64,000 bases of DNA, taken from contig NW_027437459.1 in NCBI RefSeq assembly GCF_964204645.1, positions 1 to 64,000 on the forward strand. The letters are read 5' to 3'. The notes beneath the pieces were generated by a model. It worked only from the letters and a program-made list of their open reading frames with translations. It was not told the origin of the DNA and ran no database searches. Positions 23,351 to 38,400 of this stretch are shown here, one piece after another. Made by a program: the position numbers and the translations under genes. How positions within the stretch are numbered: position 1 is the stretch's first letter; the number at the start of each line of letters is the position of its first letter. Source of the stretch: Tubulanus polymorphus (taxonomy: Eukaryota > Animalia > Nemertea).

Positions 23351-26300
23351 CCTAAAGATGACGAGTTCTATCTTAATTTATGGGTTAGGGTGTACTGAAC
23401 TGATTTCAAATAGATAGGTTGAAAGATTAAGAATTTTCTGGCTATTTATGCTCCTGAAGATGATGGACTCGATCTGAAATGATAGGTTAAGGTAAACTGA
23501 ACTGATTTCGAGCAGATGGACTGAAAGATACAGATTTTTTTTGCAAAATAGGGTCCTAAAGATGATGAATTCTATCTTAATTGATGGGTTAGGGTGAACT
23601 GAACTGATTTCAAATAGATAGGTGGAAAGAATCAGAATTTTCTGGCTGCCTTTGGTTCTGAAGATGATGGACTCAATCTGAAAAGATGGGCTAAGGCGTA
23701 TTGAACTGATTTCAAATAGATAGGTGGAAAGATTAAGAATTTTCTGGCTATTTATGCTCCTGAAGATGATGGACTCGATCTGAAATGATAGGTTAAGGTA
23801 GACTGAACTGATTCTGAATAGATGGACTGAAAAATACAGATTTTTCTTGCAAAATAGGGTCCTAAAGATGATGAGTTCTATCTTAATTGATGGGTTAGGG
23901 TGTACTGAACTGATTTCAAATAGATAGGTTGAAAGAATCAGAATTTTCTGGCTGCTTTTGGTTCTGAAGATGATGGATTCAATCTGAAAAGATGGGCTAA
24001 GGCGTATTGAACTGATTTCAAATAGATAGGTGGAAAGATTAAGAATTTTCTGGCTATTTATGCTCCTGAAGATGATGGACTTGATCTGAAATGATAGGTT
24101 AAGGTAAACTGAACTGATTTCGAGTAGATGGACTGAAAGATACAGATTTTTCTTGCAAAATAGGGTCCTAAAGATGATGAAATCTATCTTAATTGATGGG
24201 TTAGGGTGTACTGAACTGATTTCAAATAGATAGGTGGAAAGATTAAGAATTTTCTGGCTATTTATGCTCCTGAAGATGATGGACTCGATCTGAAATGATA
24301 GGTTAAGGTAAACTGAACTGATTTCGAGCAGATCGACTGAAAGATACAGATTTTTCTTGCAAAATAGGGTCCTAAGGATGATGAATTCTATCTTAATTGA
24401 TGGGTTAGGGTGAACTGAACTGATTTCAAATAGATAGGTGGAAAGAATCAGAATTTTCTGGCTGCCTTTGGTTCTGAAGATGATGGACTCAATCTGAAAA
24501 GATGGGCTAAGGCGTATTGAACTGATTTCAAATAGATAGGTGGAAAGATTAAGAATTTTCTGGCTATTTATGCTCCTGAAGATGATTGACTCGATCTGAA
24601 ATGATAGGTTAGGTAGACTGAACTGATTTCGAGTAGATGGACTGAAAGATACAGATTTTTCTTGCAAAATAGGGTCCTAAAGATGATGAGTTCTATCTTA
24701 ATTGATGGGTTAGGGTGTACTGAACTGATTTCAAATAGATAGGTGGAAAGATTAAGAATTTTCTGGTTATTTATGCTCCTGAAGATGATGGACTCGATCT
24801 GAAATGATAGGTTAAGGTAAACTGAACTGATTTCGAGTAGATGGACTGAAAGATACAGATTTTTCTTGCAAAACAGGGTCCTAAAGATGATGAATTCTAT
24901 CTTAATTGATGGGTTAAGGCGTATTGAACTGATTTCAAATAGATAGGTGGAAAGAATCAGAATTTTCTGGCTGTCTTTGGTTCTGAAGATGATGGACTCA
25001 ATCTGAAAAGATGGGCTAAGGCGTATTGAACTGATTTCAAATAGATAGGTGGAAAGATTAAGAATTTTCTGGCTATTTATGCTCCTGAAGATGATGGACT
25101 CGATCTGAAATGATAGGTTAAGGTAAACTGAACTGATTTCGAGTAGATGGACTGAAAGATACAAATTTTTCTTGCGAAATAGGGTCCTAAAGATGATGAA
25201 TTCTATCTTAATTGATGGGTTAGGGTGTACTGAACTGATTTCAAATAGATAGGTGGAAAGATTAAGAATTTTCTGGCTATTTATGCTCCTGAAGATGATG
25301 GACTCGATCTGAAATGATAGGTTAAGGTAGACTGAACTGATTCTGAATAGATGGACTGAAAGATACAGATTTTTCTTGCAAAATAGGGTCCTAAAGATGA
25401 TGAGTTCTATCTTAATTGATGGGTTAGGGTGTACTGAACTGATTTCAAATAGATAGGTGGAAAGATTAAGAATTTTCTGGCTATTTATGCTCCTGAAGAT
25501 GATGGACTCGATCTGAAATGATAGGTTAAGGAAAACTGAACTGATTTCGAGTAGATGGACTGAAAGATACAGATTTTTCTTGCAAAATAGGGTCCTAAAG
25601 ATGATGAATTCTATCTTAATTGATGGGTTAGGGTGTACTGAACTGATTTCAAATAGATAGGTTGAAAGAATCAGAATTTTCTGGCTGCTTTTGGTTCTGA
25701 AGATGATGGATTCAATCTGAAAAGATGTGTTAAGGCGTATTGAACTGATTTCAAATAGATAGGTGGAAAGATTAAGAATTTTCTGGCTATTTATGCTCCT
25801 GAAGATGATGGACTCATCTGAAATGATAGGTTAAGGTAAACTGAACTGATTTCGAGCAGATGGACTGAAAGATACAGATTTTTCTTGCAAAATAGGGTCC
25901 TAAAGATGATGAATTCTATCTTAATTGATGGGTTAGGGTGAACTGAACTGATTTCAAATAGATAGGTGGAAAGAATCAGAATTTTCTGGCTGCCTTTGGT
26001 TCTGAAGATGATGGACTCAATCTGAAAAGATGGGCTAAGGCGAATTGAACTGATTTCAAATAGATAGGTGGAAAGATTAAGAATTTTCTGGCTATTTATG
26101 CTCCTGAAGATGATGGACTCGATCTGAAATGATAGGTTAAGGTAAACTGAACTGATTTCGAGCAGATGGACTGAAAGATACAGATTTTTTTTGCAAAATA
26201 GGGTCCTAAAGATGATGAATTCTATCTTAATTGATGGGTTAGGGTGAACTGAACTGATTTCAAATAGATAGGTGGAAAGAATCAGAATTTTCTGGCTGCC

Positions 26301-29300
26301 TTTGGTTCTGAAGATGATGGACTCAATCTGAAAAGATGGGCTAAGGCGTATTGAACTGATTTCAAATAGATAGGTGGAAAGATTAAGAATTTTCTGGCTA
26401 TTTATGCTCCTGAAGATGATGGACTCGATCTGAAATGATAGGTTAAGGTAGACTGAACTGATTCTGAATAGATGGACTGAAAGATACAGATTTTTCTTGC
26501 AAAATAGGGTCCTAAAGATGATGAGTTCTATCTTAATTGATGGGTTAGGGTGTACTGAACTGATTTCAAATAGATAGGTTGAAAGAATCAGAATTTTCTG
26601 GCTGCTTTTGGTTCTGAAGATGATGGATTCAATCTGAAAAGATGTGTTAAGGCGTATTGAACTGATTTAAAATAGATAGGTGGAAAGATTAAGAATTTTC
26701 TGGCTATTTATGCTCCTGAAGATGATGGACTCGATCTGAAATGATAGGTTAAGGTAAACTGAACTGATTTCGAGTAGATGGACTTAAAGATACAGATTTT
26801 TCTTGCAAAATAGGGTCCTAAAGATGACGAGTTCTATCTTAATTTATGGGTTAGGGTGTACTGAACTGATTTCAAATAGATAGGTTGAAAGATTAAGAAT
26901 TTTCTGGCTATTTATGCTCCTGAAGATGATGGACTCGATCTGAAATGATAGGTTAAGGTAAACTGAACTGATTTCGAGCAGATGGACTGAAAGATACAGA
27001 TTTTTTTTGCAAAATAGGGTCCTAAAGATGATGAATTCTATCTTAATTGATGGGTTAGGGTGAACTGAACTGATTTCAAATAGATAGGTGGAAAGAATCA
27101 GAATTTTCTGGCTGCCTTTGGTTCTGAAGATGATGGACTCAATCTGAAAAGATGGGCTAAGGCGTATTGAACTGATTTCAAATAGATAGGTGGAAAGATT
27201 AAGAATTTTCTGGCTATTTATGCTCCTGAAGATGATGGACTCGATCTGAAATGATAGGTTAAGGTAGACTGAACTGATTCTGAATAGATGGACTGAAAAA
27301 TACAGATTTTTCTTGCAAAATAGGGTCCTAAAGATGATGAGTTCTATCTTAATTGATGGGTTAGGGTGTACTGAACTGATTTCAAATAGATAGGTTGAAA
27401 GAATCAGAATTTTCTGGCTGCTTTTGGTTCTGAAGATGATGGATTCAATCTGAAAAGATGGGCTAAGGCGTATTGAACTGATTTCAAATAGATAGGTGGA
27501 AAGATTAAGAATTTTCTGGCTATTTATGCTCCTGAAGATGATGGACTTGATCTGAAATGATAGGTTAAGGTAAACTGAACTGATTTCGAGTAGATGGACT
27601 GAAAGATACAGATTTTTCTTGCAAAATAGGGTCCTAAAGATGATGAAATCTATCTTAATTGATGGGTTAGGGTGTACTGAACTGATTTCAAATAGATAGG
27701 TGGAAAGATTAAGAATTTTCTGGCTATTTATGCTCCTGAAGATGATGGACTCGATCTGAAATGATAGGTTAAGGTAAACTGAACTGATTTCGAGCAGATC
27801 GACTGAAAGATACAGATTTTTCTTGCAAAATAGGGTCCTAAGGATGATGAATTCTATCTTAATTGATGGGTTAGGGTGAACTGAACTGATTTCAAATAGA
27901 TAGGTGGAAAGAATCAGAATTTTCTGGCTGCCTTTGGTTCTGAAGATGATGGACTCAATCTGAAAAGATGGGCTAAGGCGTATTGAACTGATTTCAAATA
28001 GATAGGTGGAAAGATTAAGAATTTTCTGGCTATTTATGCTCCTGAAGATGATTGACTCGATCTGAAATGATAGGTTAGGTAGACTGAACTGATTTCGAGT
28101 AGATGGACTGAAAGATACAGATTTTTCTTGCAAAATAGGGTCCTAAAGATGATGAGTTCTATCTTAATTGATGGGTTAGGGTGTACTGAACTGATTTCAA
28201 ATAGATAGGTGGAAAGATTAAGAATTTTCTGGTTATTTATGCTCCTGAAGATGATGGACTCGATCTGAAATGATAGGTTAAGGTAAACTGAACTGATTTC
28301 GAGTAGATGGACTGAAAGATACAGATTTTTCTTGCAAAACAGGGTCCTAAAGATGATGAATTCTATCTTAATTGATGGGTTAAGGCGTATTGAACTGATT
28401 TCAAATAGATAGGTGGAAAGAATCAGAATTTTCTGGCTGTCTTTGGTTCTGAAGATGATGGACTCAATCTGAAAAGATGGGCTAAGGCGTATTGAACTGA
28501 TTTCAAATAGATAGGTGGAAAGATTAAGAATTTTCTGGCTATTTATGCTCCTGAAGATGATGGACTCGATCTGAAATGATAGGTTAAGGTAAACTGAACT
28601 GATTTCGAGTAGATGGACTGAAAGATACAAATTTTTCTTGCGAAATAGGGTCCTAAAGATGATGAATTCTATCTTAATTGATGGGTTAGGGTGTACTGAA
28701 CTGATTTCAAATAGATAGGTGGAAAGATTAAGAATTTTCTGGCTATTTATGCTCCTGAAGATGATGGACTCGATCTGAAATGATAGGTTAAGGTAGACTG
28801 AACTGATTCTGAATAGATGGACTGAAAGATACAGATTTTTCTTGCAAAATAGGGTCCTAAAGATGATGAGTTCTATCTTAATTGATGGGTTAGGGTGTAC
28901 TGAACTGATTTCAAATAGATAGGTGGAAAGATTAAGAATTTTCTGGCTATTTATGCTCCTGAAGATGATGGACTCGATCTGAAATGATAGGTTAAGGAAA
29001 ACTGAACTGATTTCGAGTAGATGGACTGAAAGATACAGATTTTTCTTGCAAAATAGGGTCCTAAAGATGATGAATTCTATCTTAATTGATGGGTTAGGGT
29101 GTACTGAACTGATTTCAAATAGATAGGTTGAAAGAATCAGAATTTTCTGGCTGCTTTTGGTTCTGAAGATGATGGATTCAATCTGAAAAGATGTGTTAAG
29201 GCGTATTGAACTGATTTCAAATAGATAGGTGGAAAGATTAAGAATTTTCTGGCTATTTATGCTCCTGAAGATGATGGACTCATCTGAAATGATAGGTTAA

Positions 29301-29990
29301 GGTAAACTGAACTGATTTCGAGCAGATGGACTGAAAGATACAGATTTTTCTTGCAAAATAGGGTCCTAAAGATGATGAATTCTATCTTAATTGATGGGTT
29401 AGGGTGAACTGAACTGATTTCAAATAGATAGGTGGAAAGAATCAGAATTTTCTGGCTGCCTTTGGTTCTGAAGATGATGGACTCAATCTGAAAAGATGGG
29501 CTAAGGCGAATTGAACTGATTTCAAATAGATAGGTGGAAAGATTAAGAATTTTCTGGCTATTTATGCTCCTGAAGATGATGGACTCGATCTGAAATGATA
29601 GGTTAAGGTAAACTGAACTGATTTCGAGCAGATGGACTGAAAGATACAGATTTTTTTTGCAAAATAGGGTCCTAAAGATGATGAATTCTATCTTAATTGA
29701 TGGGTTAGGGTGAACTGAACTGATTTCAAATAGATAGGTGGAAAGAATCAGAATTTTCTGGCTGCCTTTTGTTCTGAAGATGATGGACTCAATCTGAAAA
29801 GATGGGCTAAGGCGTATTGAACTGATTTCAAATAGATAGGTGGAAAGATTAAGAATTTTCTGGCTATTTATGCTCCTGAAGATGATGGACTCGATCTGAA
29901 ATGATAGGTTAAGGTAGACTGAACTGATTCTGAATAGATGGACTGAAAAATACAGATTTTTCTTGCAAAATAGGGTCCTAAAGATGATGA
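23060..29990 (+). repeat. 3466-bp (34-monomer) tandem duplication
   Basis: The markers gatgaCgag, gatgaaAtc and gatCgact recur at +3466. ORF pairs 23378/26844 and 24568/28034 have the same offset. Confidence 0.9.
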
Positions 29991-30759
29991 GTTCTATCTT
30001 AATTGATGGGTTAGGGTGTACTGAACTGATTTCAAATAGATAGGTTGAAAGAATCAGAATTTTCTGGCTGCTTTTGGTTCTGAAGATGATGGATTCAATC
30101 TGAAAAGATGGGCTAAGGCGTATTGAACTGATTTCAAATAGATAGGTGGAAAGATTAAGAATTTTCTGGCTATTTATGCTCCTGAAGATGATGGACTTGA
30201 TCTGAAATGATAGGTTAAGGTAAACTGAACTGATTTCGAGTAGATGGACTGAAAGATACAGATTTTTCTTGCAAAACAGGGTCCTAAAGATGATGAATTC
30301 TATCTTAATTGATGGGTTAAGGCGTATTGAACTGATTTCAAATAGATAGGTGGAAAGAATCAGAATTTTCTGGCTGCCTTTGGTTCTGAAGATGATGGAC
30401 TCAATCTGAAAAGATGGGCTAAGGCGTATTGAACTGATTTCAAATAGATAGGTGGAAAGATTAAGAATTTTCTGGCTATTTATGCTCCTGAAGATGATGG
30501 ACTCGATCTGAAATGATAGGTTAAGGTAAACTGAACTGATTTCGAGTAGATGGACTGAAAGATACAAATTTTTCTTGCAAAATAGGGTCCAAAAGATGAT
30601 GAATTCTATCTTAATTGATGGGTTAGGGTGTACTGAACTGATTTCAAATAGATAGGTTGAAAGAATCAGAATTTTCTGGCTGCTTTTGGTTCTGAAGATG
30701 ATGGATTCAATCTGAAAAGATGTGTTAAGGCGTATTGAACTGATTTCAAATAGATAGGT

Positions 30760-32480
30760 GGAAAGATTAAGAATTTTCTGGCTATTTATGCTCCTGAAGA
30801 TGATGGACTCGATCTGAAATGATAGGTTAAGGTGGACTGAACTGATTCTGAATAGATGGACTGAAAGATACAGATTTTTCTTGCAAATTAGGGTCCTAAA
30901 GATGATGAGTTCTATCTTAATTGATGGCTTAGGGTGTACTGAACTGATTTCAAATAGATAGGTGGAAAGATTAAGAATTTTCTGGCTATTTATGCTCCTG
31001 AAGATGATGGACTCGATCTGAAATGATAGGTTAAGGTAAACTGAACTGATTTCGAGTAGATGGACTGAAAGATACAGATTTTTCTTGCAAAATAGGGTCC
31101 TAAAGATGATGAATTCTATCTTAATTGATGGGTTAGGGTGTACTGAACTGATTTCAAATAGATAGGTTGAAAGAATCAGAATTTTCTGGCTGCTTTTGGT
31201 TCTGAAGATGATGGATTCAATCTGAAAAGATGTGTTAAGGCGTATTGAACTGATTTAAAATAGATAGGTGGAAAGATTAAGAATTTTCTGGCTATTTATG
31301 CTCCTGAAGATGATGGACTCGATCTGAAATGATAGGTTAAGGTAAACTGAACTGATTTCGAGTAGATGGACTGAAAGATACAGATTTTTTCTTGCAAAAT
31401 AGGGTCCTAAAGATGATGAGTTCTATCTTAATTGATGGGTTAGGGTGTACTGAACGGATTTCAAATAGATAGGTTGAAAGATTAAGAATTTTCTGGCTAT
31501 TTATGCTCCTGAAGATGATGGACTCGATCTGAAATGATAGGTTAAGGTAAACTGAACTGATTTCGAGTAGATGGACTGAAAGATACAGATTTTTTCTTGC
31601 AAAATAGGGTCCTAAAGATGATGAGTTCTATCTTAATTGATGGGTTAGGGTGTACTGAACGGATTTCAAATAGATAGGTGGAAAGATTAAGAATTTTCTG
31701 GCTATTTATGCTCCTGAAGATGATGGACTCGATCTGAAATGATAGGTTAAGGTGGACTGAACTGATTCTGAATAGATGGACTGAAAGATACAGATTTTTC
31801 TTGCAAATTAGGGTCCTAAAGATGATGAGTTCTATCTTAATTGATGGCTTAGGGTGTACTGAACTGATTTCAAATAGATAGGTGGAAAGATTAAGAATTT
31901 TCTGGCTATTTATGCTCCTGAAGATGATGGACTCGATCTGAAATGATAGGTTAAGGTAAACTGAACTGATTTCGAGTAGATGGACTGAAAGATACAGATT
32001 TTTCTTGCAAAATAGGGTCCTAAAGATGATGAATTCTATCTTAATTGATGGGTTAGGGTGTACTGAACTGATTTCAAATAGATAGGTTGAAAGAATCAGA
32101 ATTTTCTGGCTGCTTTTGGTTCTGAAGATGATGGATTCAATCTGAAAAGATGTGTTAAGGCGTATTGAACTGATTTAAAATAGATAGGTGGAAAGATTAA
32201 GAATTTTCTGGCTATTTATGCTCCTGAAGATGATGGACTCGATCTGAAATGATAGGTTAAGGTAAACTGAACTGATTTCGAGTAGATGGACTGAAAGATA
32301 CAGATTTTTTCTTGCAAAATAGGGTCCTAAAGATGATGAGTTCTATCTTAATTGATGGGTTAGGGTGTACTGAACGGATTTCAAATAGATAGGTTGAAAG
32401 ATTAAGAATTTTCTGGCTATTTATGCTCCTGAAGATGATGGACTCGATCTGAAATGATAGGTTAAGGTAAACTGAACTGA
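30760..32480 (+). repeat. Compound local duplication adding 920 bp (715 + 205)
   Basis: ggtGGact is at 30831/31751. The +T/gaacGg pair occurs three times (~31390-31456, ~31595-31661, ~32310-32376). Confidence 0.8.
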
Positions 32481-35400
32481 TTTCGAGCAGATGGACTGAA
32501 AGATACAGATTTTTCTTGCAAAATAGGGTCCTAAAGATGATGAATTCTATCTTAATTGATGGGTTAGGGTGAACTGAACTGATTTCAAATAGATAGGTGG
32601 AAAGATTAAGAATTTTCTGGTTATTTATGCTCCTGAAGATGATGGACTCGATCTGAAATGATAGGTTAAGGTAAACTGAACTGATTTCGAGTAGATGGAC
32701 TGAAAGATACAGATTTTTCTTGCAAAACAGGGTCCTAAAGATGATGAATTCTATCTTAATTGATGGGTTAAGGCGTATTGAACTGATTTCAAATAGATAG
32801 GTGGAAAGAATCAGAATTTTCTGGCTGCCTTTGGTTCTGAAGATGATGGACTCAATCTGAAAAGATGGGCTAAGGCGTATTGAACTGATTTCAAATAGAT
32901 AGGTGGAAAGATTAAGAATTTTCTGGCTATTTATGCTCCTGAAGATGATGGACTCGATCTGAAATGATAGGTTAAGGTAAACTGAACTGATTTCGAGTAG
33001 ATGGACTGAAAGATACAAATTTTTCTTGCAAAATAGGGTCCAAAAGATGATGAATTCTATCTTAATTGATGGGTTAGGGTGTACTGAACTGATTTCAAAT
33101 AGATAGGTTGAAAGAATCAGAATTTTCGGGCTGCTTTTGGTTCTGAAGATGATGGATTCAATCTGAAAAGATGTGTTAAGGCGTATTGAACTGATTTCAA
33201 ATAGATAGGTGGAAAGATTAAGAATTTTCTGGCTATTTATGCTCCTGAAGATGATGGACTCGATCTGAAATGATAGGTTAAGGTAGACTGAACTGATTCT
33301 GAATAGATGGACTGAAAGATACAGATTTTTCTTGCAAAATAGGGTCCTAAAGATGATGAGTTCTATCTTAATTGATGGCTTAGGGTGTACTGAACTGATT
33401 TCAAATAGATAGGTGGAAAGATTAAGAATTTTCTGGCTATTTATGCTCCTGAAGATGATGGACTCGATCTGAAATGATAGGTTAAGGTAAACTGAACTGA
33501 TTTCGAGTAGATGGACTGAAAGATACAGATTTTTCTTGCAAAATAGGGTCCTAAAGATGATGAATTCTATCTTAATTGATGGGTTAGGGTGTACTGAACT
33601 GATTTCAAATAGATAGGTTGAAAGAATCAGAATTTTCTGGCTGCTTTTGGTTCTGAAGATGATGGATTCAATCTGAAAAGATGTGTTAAGGCGTATTGAA
33701 CTGATTTAAAATAGATAGGTGGAAAGATTAAGAATTTTCTGGCTATTTATGCTCCTGAAGATGATGGACTCGATCTGAAATGATAGGTTAAGGTAAACTG
33801 AACTGATTTCGAGTAGATGGACTGAAAGATACAGATTTTTTCTTGCAAAATAGGGTCCTAAAGATGATGAGTTCTATCTTAATTGATGGGTTAGGGTGTA
33901 CTGAACTGATTTCAAATAGATAGGTTGAAAGATTAAGAATTTTCTGGCTATTTATGCTCCTGAAGATGATGGACTCGATCTGAAATGATAGGTTAAGGTA
34001 AACTGAACTGATTTCGAGTAGATGGACTGAAAGATACAGATCTTTCTTGCAAAATAGGGTCCTAAAGATGATGAATTCTATCTTAATTGATGGGTTAGGG
34101 TGAACTGAACTGATTTCAAATAGATAGGTGGAAAGAATCAGAATTTTCTGGCTGCCTTTGGTTCTGAAGATGATGGACTCAATCTGAAAAGATGGGCTAA
34201 GGCGTATTGAACTGATTTCAAATAGATAGGTGGAAAGATTAAGAATTTTCTGGCTATTTATGCTCCTGAGGATGATGCACTCGATCTGAAATGATAGGTT
34301 AAGGTAGACTGAACTGATTTCGAGTAGATGGACTGAAAGATACAGATTTTTCTTGCAAAATAGGGTCCTAAAGATGATGAATTCTATCTTAATTGATGGG
34401 TAAGGGTGTACTGAACTGATTTCAAATAGATAGGTTGAAAGAATCGGAATTTTCTGGCTGCTTTTGGTTCTGAAGATGATGGATTCAATCTGAAAAGATG
34501 TGTTAAGGCGCATTGAACTGATTTCAAATAGATAGGTGGAAAGATTAAGAATTTTCTGGCTATTTATGCTCCTGAAGATGATGGACTCGATCTGAAATGA
34601 TAGGTTAAGGTAAACTGAACTGATTTCGAGTAGATGGACTGAAAGATACAGATTTTTCTTGCAAAATAGGGTCCTAAAGATGATGAATTCTATCTTAATT
34701 GATGGGTTAGGGTGTACTGAACTGATTTCAAATAGATAGGTGGAAAGATTAAGAATTTTCTGGCTATTTATGCTCCTGAAGATGATGGACTCGATCTGAA
34801 ATGATAGGTTAAGGTAAACTGAACTGATTTCGAGCAGATGGACTGAAAGATACAGATTTTTCTTGCAAAATAGGGTCCTAAAGATGATGAATTCTATCTT
34901 AATTGATGGGTTAGGGTGAACTGAACTGATTTCAAATAGATAGGTTGAAAGAATCAGAATTTTCTGGCTGCTTTTGGTTCTGAAGATGATGGATTCAATC
35001 TGAAAAGATGGGCTAAGGCGTATTGAACTTATTTCAAATAGATAGGTGGAAATATTAAGAATTTTCTGGCTGCTTTTGGTTCTGAAGATAATGGATTCAA
35101 TCTGAAAAGATGTGTTAAGGCGTATTGAACTGATTTCAAATAGATAGGTGCAAAGATTAAGAATTTTCTAGCTATTTATGCTCCTGAAGATGATTGACTC
35201 GATCTGAAATGATAGGTTAGGTAGACTGAACTGATTTCGAGTAGATGGACTGAAAGATACAGATTTTTCTTGCAAAATAGGGTCCTAAAGATGATGAGTT
35301 CTATCTTAATTGATGGGTTAGGGTGTACTGAACTGATTTCATATAGATTGGTTGAAAGAATCAGAATTTTCTGGCTGCTTTTGGTTCTGAAGATGATGGA

Positions 35401-38400
35401 TTCAATCTGAAAAGATGTGTTAAGGCGTATTGAACTGATTTCAAATAGATAGGTGGAAAGATTAAGAATTTTCTGGCTATTTATGCTCCTGAAGATGATG
35501 GACTCATCTGAAATGATAGGTTAAGGTAAACTGAACTGATTTCGAGCAGATGGACTGAAAGATACAGATTTTTCTTGCAAAATAGGGTCCTAAAGATGAT
35601 GAATTCTATCTTAATTGATGGGTTAGGGTGAACTGAACTGATTTCAAATAGATAGGTGGAAAGAATCAGAATTTTCTGGCTGCCTTTGGTTCTGAAGATG
35701 ATGGACTCAATCTGAAAAGATGGGCTAAGGCGAATTGAACTGATTTCAAATAGATAGGTGGAAAGATTAAGAATTTTCTGGCTATTTATGCTCCTGAAGA
35801 TGATGGACTCGATCTGAAATGATAGGTTAAGGTAAACTGAACTGATTTCGAGCAGATGGACTGAAAGATACAGATTTTTTTTGCAAAATAGGGTCCTAAA
35901 GATGATGAATTCTATCTTAATTGATGGGTTAGGGTGAACTGAACTGATTTCAAATAGATAGGTGGAAAGAATCAGAATTTTCTGGCTGCCTTTGGTTCTG
36001 AAGATGATGGACTCAATCTGAAAAGATGGGCTAAGGCGTATTGAACTGATTTCAAATAGATAGGTGGAAAGATTAAGAATTTTCTGGCTATTTATGCTCC
36101 TGAAGATGATGGACTCGATCTGAAATGATAGGTTAAGGTAGACTGAACTGATTCTGAATAGATGGACTGAAAGATACAGATTTTTCTTGCAAAATAGGGT
36201 CCTAAAGATGATGAGTTCTATCTTAATTGATGGGTTAGGGTGTACTGAACTGATTTCAAATAGATAGGTTGAAAGAATCAGAATTTTCTGGCTGCTTTTG
36301 GTTCTGAAGATGATGGATTCAATCTGAAAAGATGGGCTAAGGCGTATTGAACTGATTTCAAATAGATAGGTGGAAAGATTAAGAATTTTCTGGCTATTTA
36401 TGCTCCTGAAGATGATGGACTTGATCTGAAATGATAGGTTAAGGTAAACTGAACTGATTTCGAGTAGATGGACTGAAAGATACAGATTTTTCTTGCAAAA
36501 CAGGGTCCTAAAGATGATGAATTCTATCTTAATTGATGGGTTAATGCGTATTGAACTGATTTCAAATAGATAGGTGGAAAGAATCAGAATTTTCTGGCTG
36601 CCTTTGGTTCTGAAGATGATGGACTCAATCTGAAAAGATGGGCTAAGGCGTATTGAACTGATTTCAAATAGATAGGTGGAAAGATTAAGAATTTTCTGGC
36701 TATTTATGCTCCTGAAGATGATGGACTCGATCTGAAATGATAGGTTAAGGTAAACTGAACTGATTTCGAGTAGATGGACTGAAAGATACAAATTTTTCTT
36801 GCAAAATAGGGTCCAAAAGATGATGAATTCTATCTTAATTGATGGGTTAGGGTGTACTGAACTGATTTCAAATAGATAGGTTGAAAGAATCAGAATTTTC
36901 TGGCTGCTTTTGGTTCTGAAGATGATGGATTCAATCTGAAAAGATGTGTTAAGGCGTATTGAACTGATTTCAAATAGATAGGTGGAAAGATTAAGAATTT
37001 TCTGGCTATTTATGCTCCTGAAGATGATGGACTCGATCTGAAATGATAGGTTAAGGTGGACTGAACTGATTCTGAATAGATGGACTGAAAGATACAGATT
37101 TTTCTTGCAAAATAGGGTCCTAAAGATGATGAGTTCTATCTTAATTGATGGCTTAGGGTGTACTGAACTGATTTCAAATAGATAGGTGGAAAGATTAAGA
37201 ATTTTCTGGCTATTTATGCTCCTGAAGATGATGGACTCGATCTGAAATGATAGGTTAAGGTAAACTGAACTGATTTCGAGTAGATGGACTGAAAGATACA
37301 GATTTTTCTTGCAAAATAGGGTACTAAAGATGATGAATTCTATCTTAATTGATGGGTTAGGGTGTACTGAACTGATTTCAAATAGATAGGTTGAAAGAAT
37401 CAGAATTTTCTGGCTGCTTTTGGTTCTGAAGATGATGGATTCAATCTGAAAAGATGTGTTAAGGCGTATTGAACTGATTTCAAATAGATAGGTGGAAAGA
37501 TTAAGAATTTTCTGGCTATTTATGCTCCTGAAGATGATGGACTCGATCTGAAATGATAGGTTAAGGTAAACTGAACTGATTTCGAGTAGATGGACTGAAA
37601 GATACAGATTTTTTCTTGCAAAATAGGGTCCTAAAGATGATGAGTTCTATCTTAATTGATGGGTTAGGGTGTACTGAACGGATTTCAAATAGATAGGTTG
37701 AAAGATTAAGAATTTTCTGGCTATTTATGCTCCTGAAGATGATGGACTCGATCTGAAATGATAGGTTAAGGTAAACTGAACTGATTTCGAGCAGATGGAC
37801 TGAAAGATACAGATTTTTCTTGCAAAACAGGGTCCTAAAGATGATGAATTCTATCTTAATTGATGGGTTAAGGCGTATTGAACTGATTTCAAATAGATAG
37901 GTGGAAAGAATCAGAATTTTCTGGCTGCCTTTGGTTCTGAAGATGATGGACTCAATCTGAAAAGATGGGCTAAGGCGTATTGAACTGATTTCAAATAGAT
38001 AGGTGGAAAGATTAAGAATTTTCTGGCTATTTATGCTCCTGAAGATGATGGACTCGATCTGAAATGATAAGTTAAGGTAAACTGAACTGATTTCGAGTAG
38101 ATGGACTGAAAGATACAAATTTTTCTTGCAAAATAGGGTCCAAAAGATGATGAATTCTATCTTAATTGATGGGTTAGGGTGTACTGAACTGATTTCAAAT
38201 AGATAGGTTGAAAGAATCAGAATTTTCGGGCTGCTTTTGGTTCTGAAGATGATGGATTCAATCTGAAAAGATGTGTTAAGGCGTATTGAACTGATTTCAA
38301 ATAGATAGGTGGAAAGATTAAGAATTTTCTGGCTATTTATGCTCCTGAAGATGATGGACTCGATCTGAAATGATAGGTTAAGGTAGACTGAACTGATTCT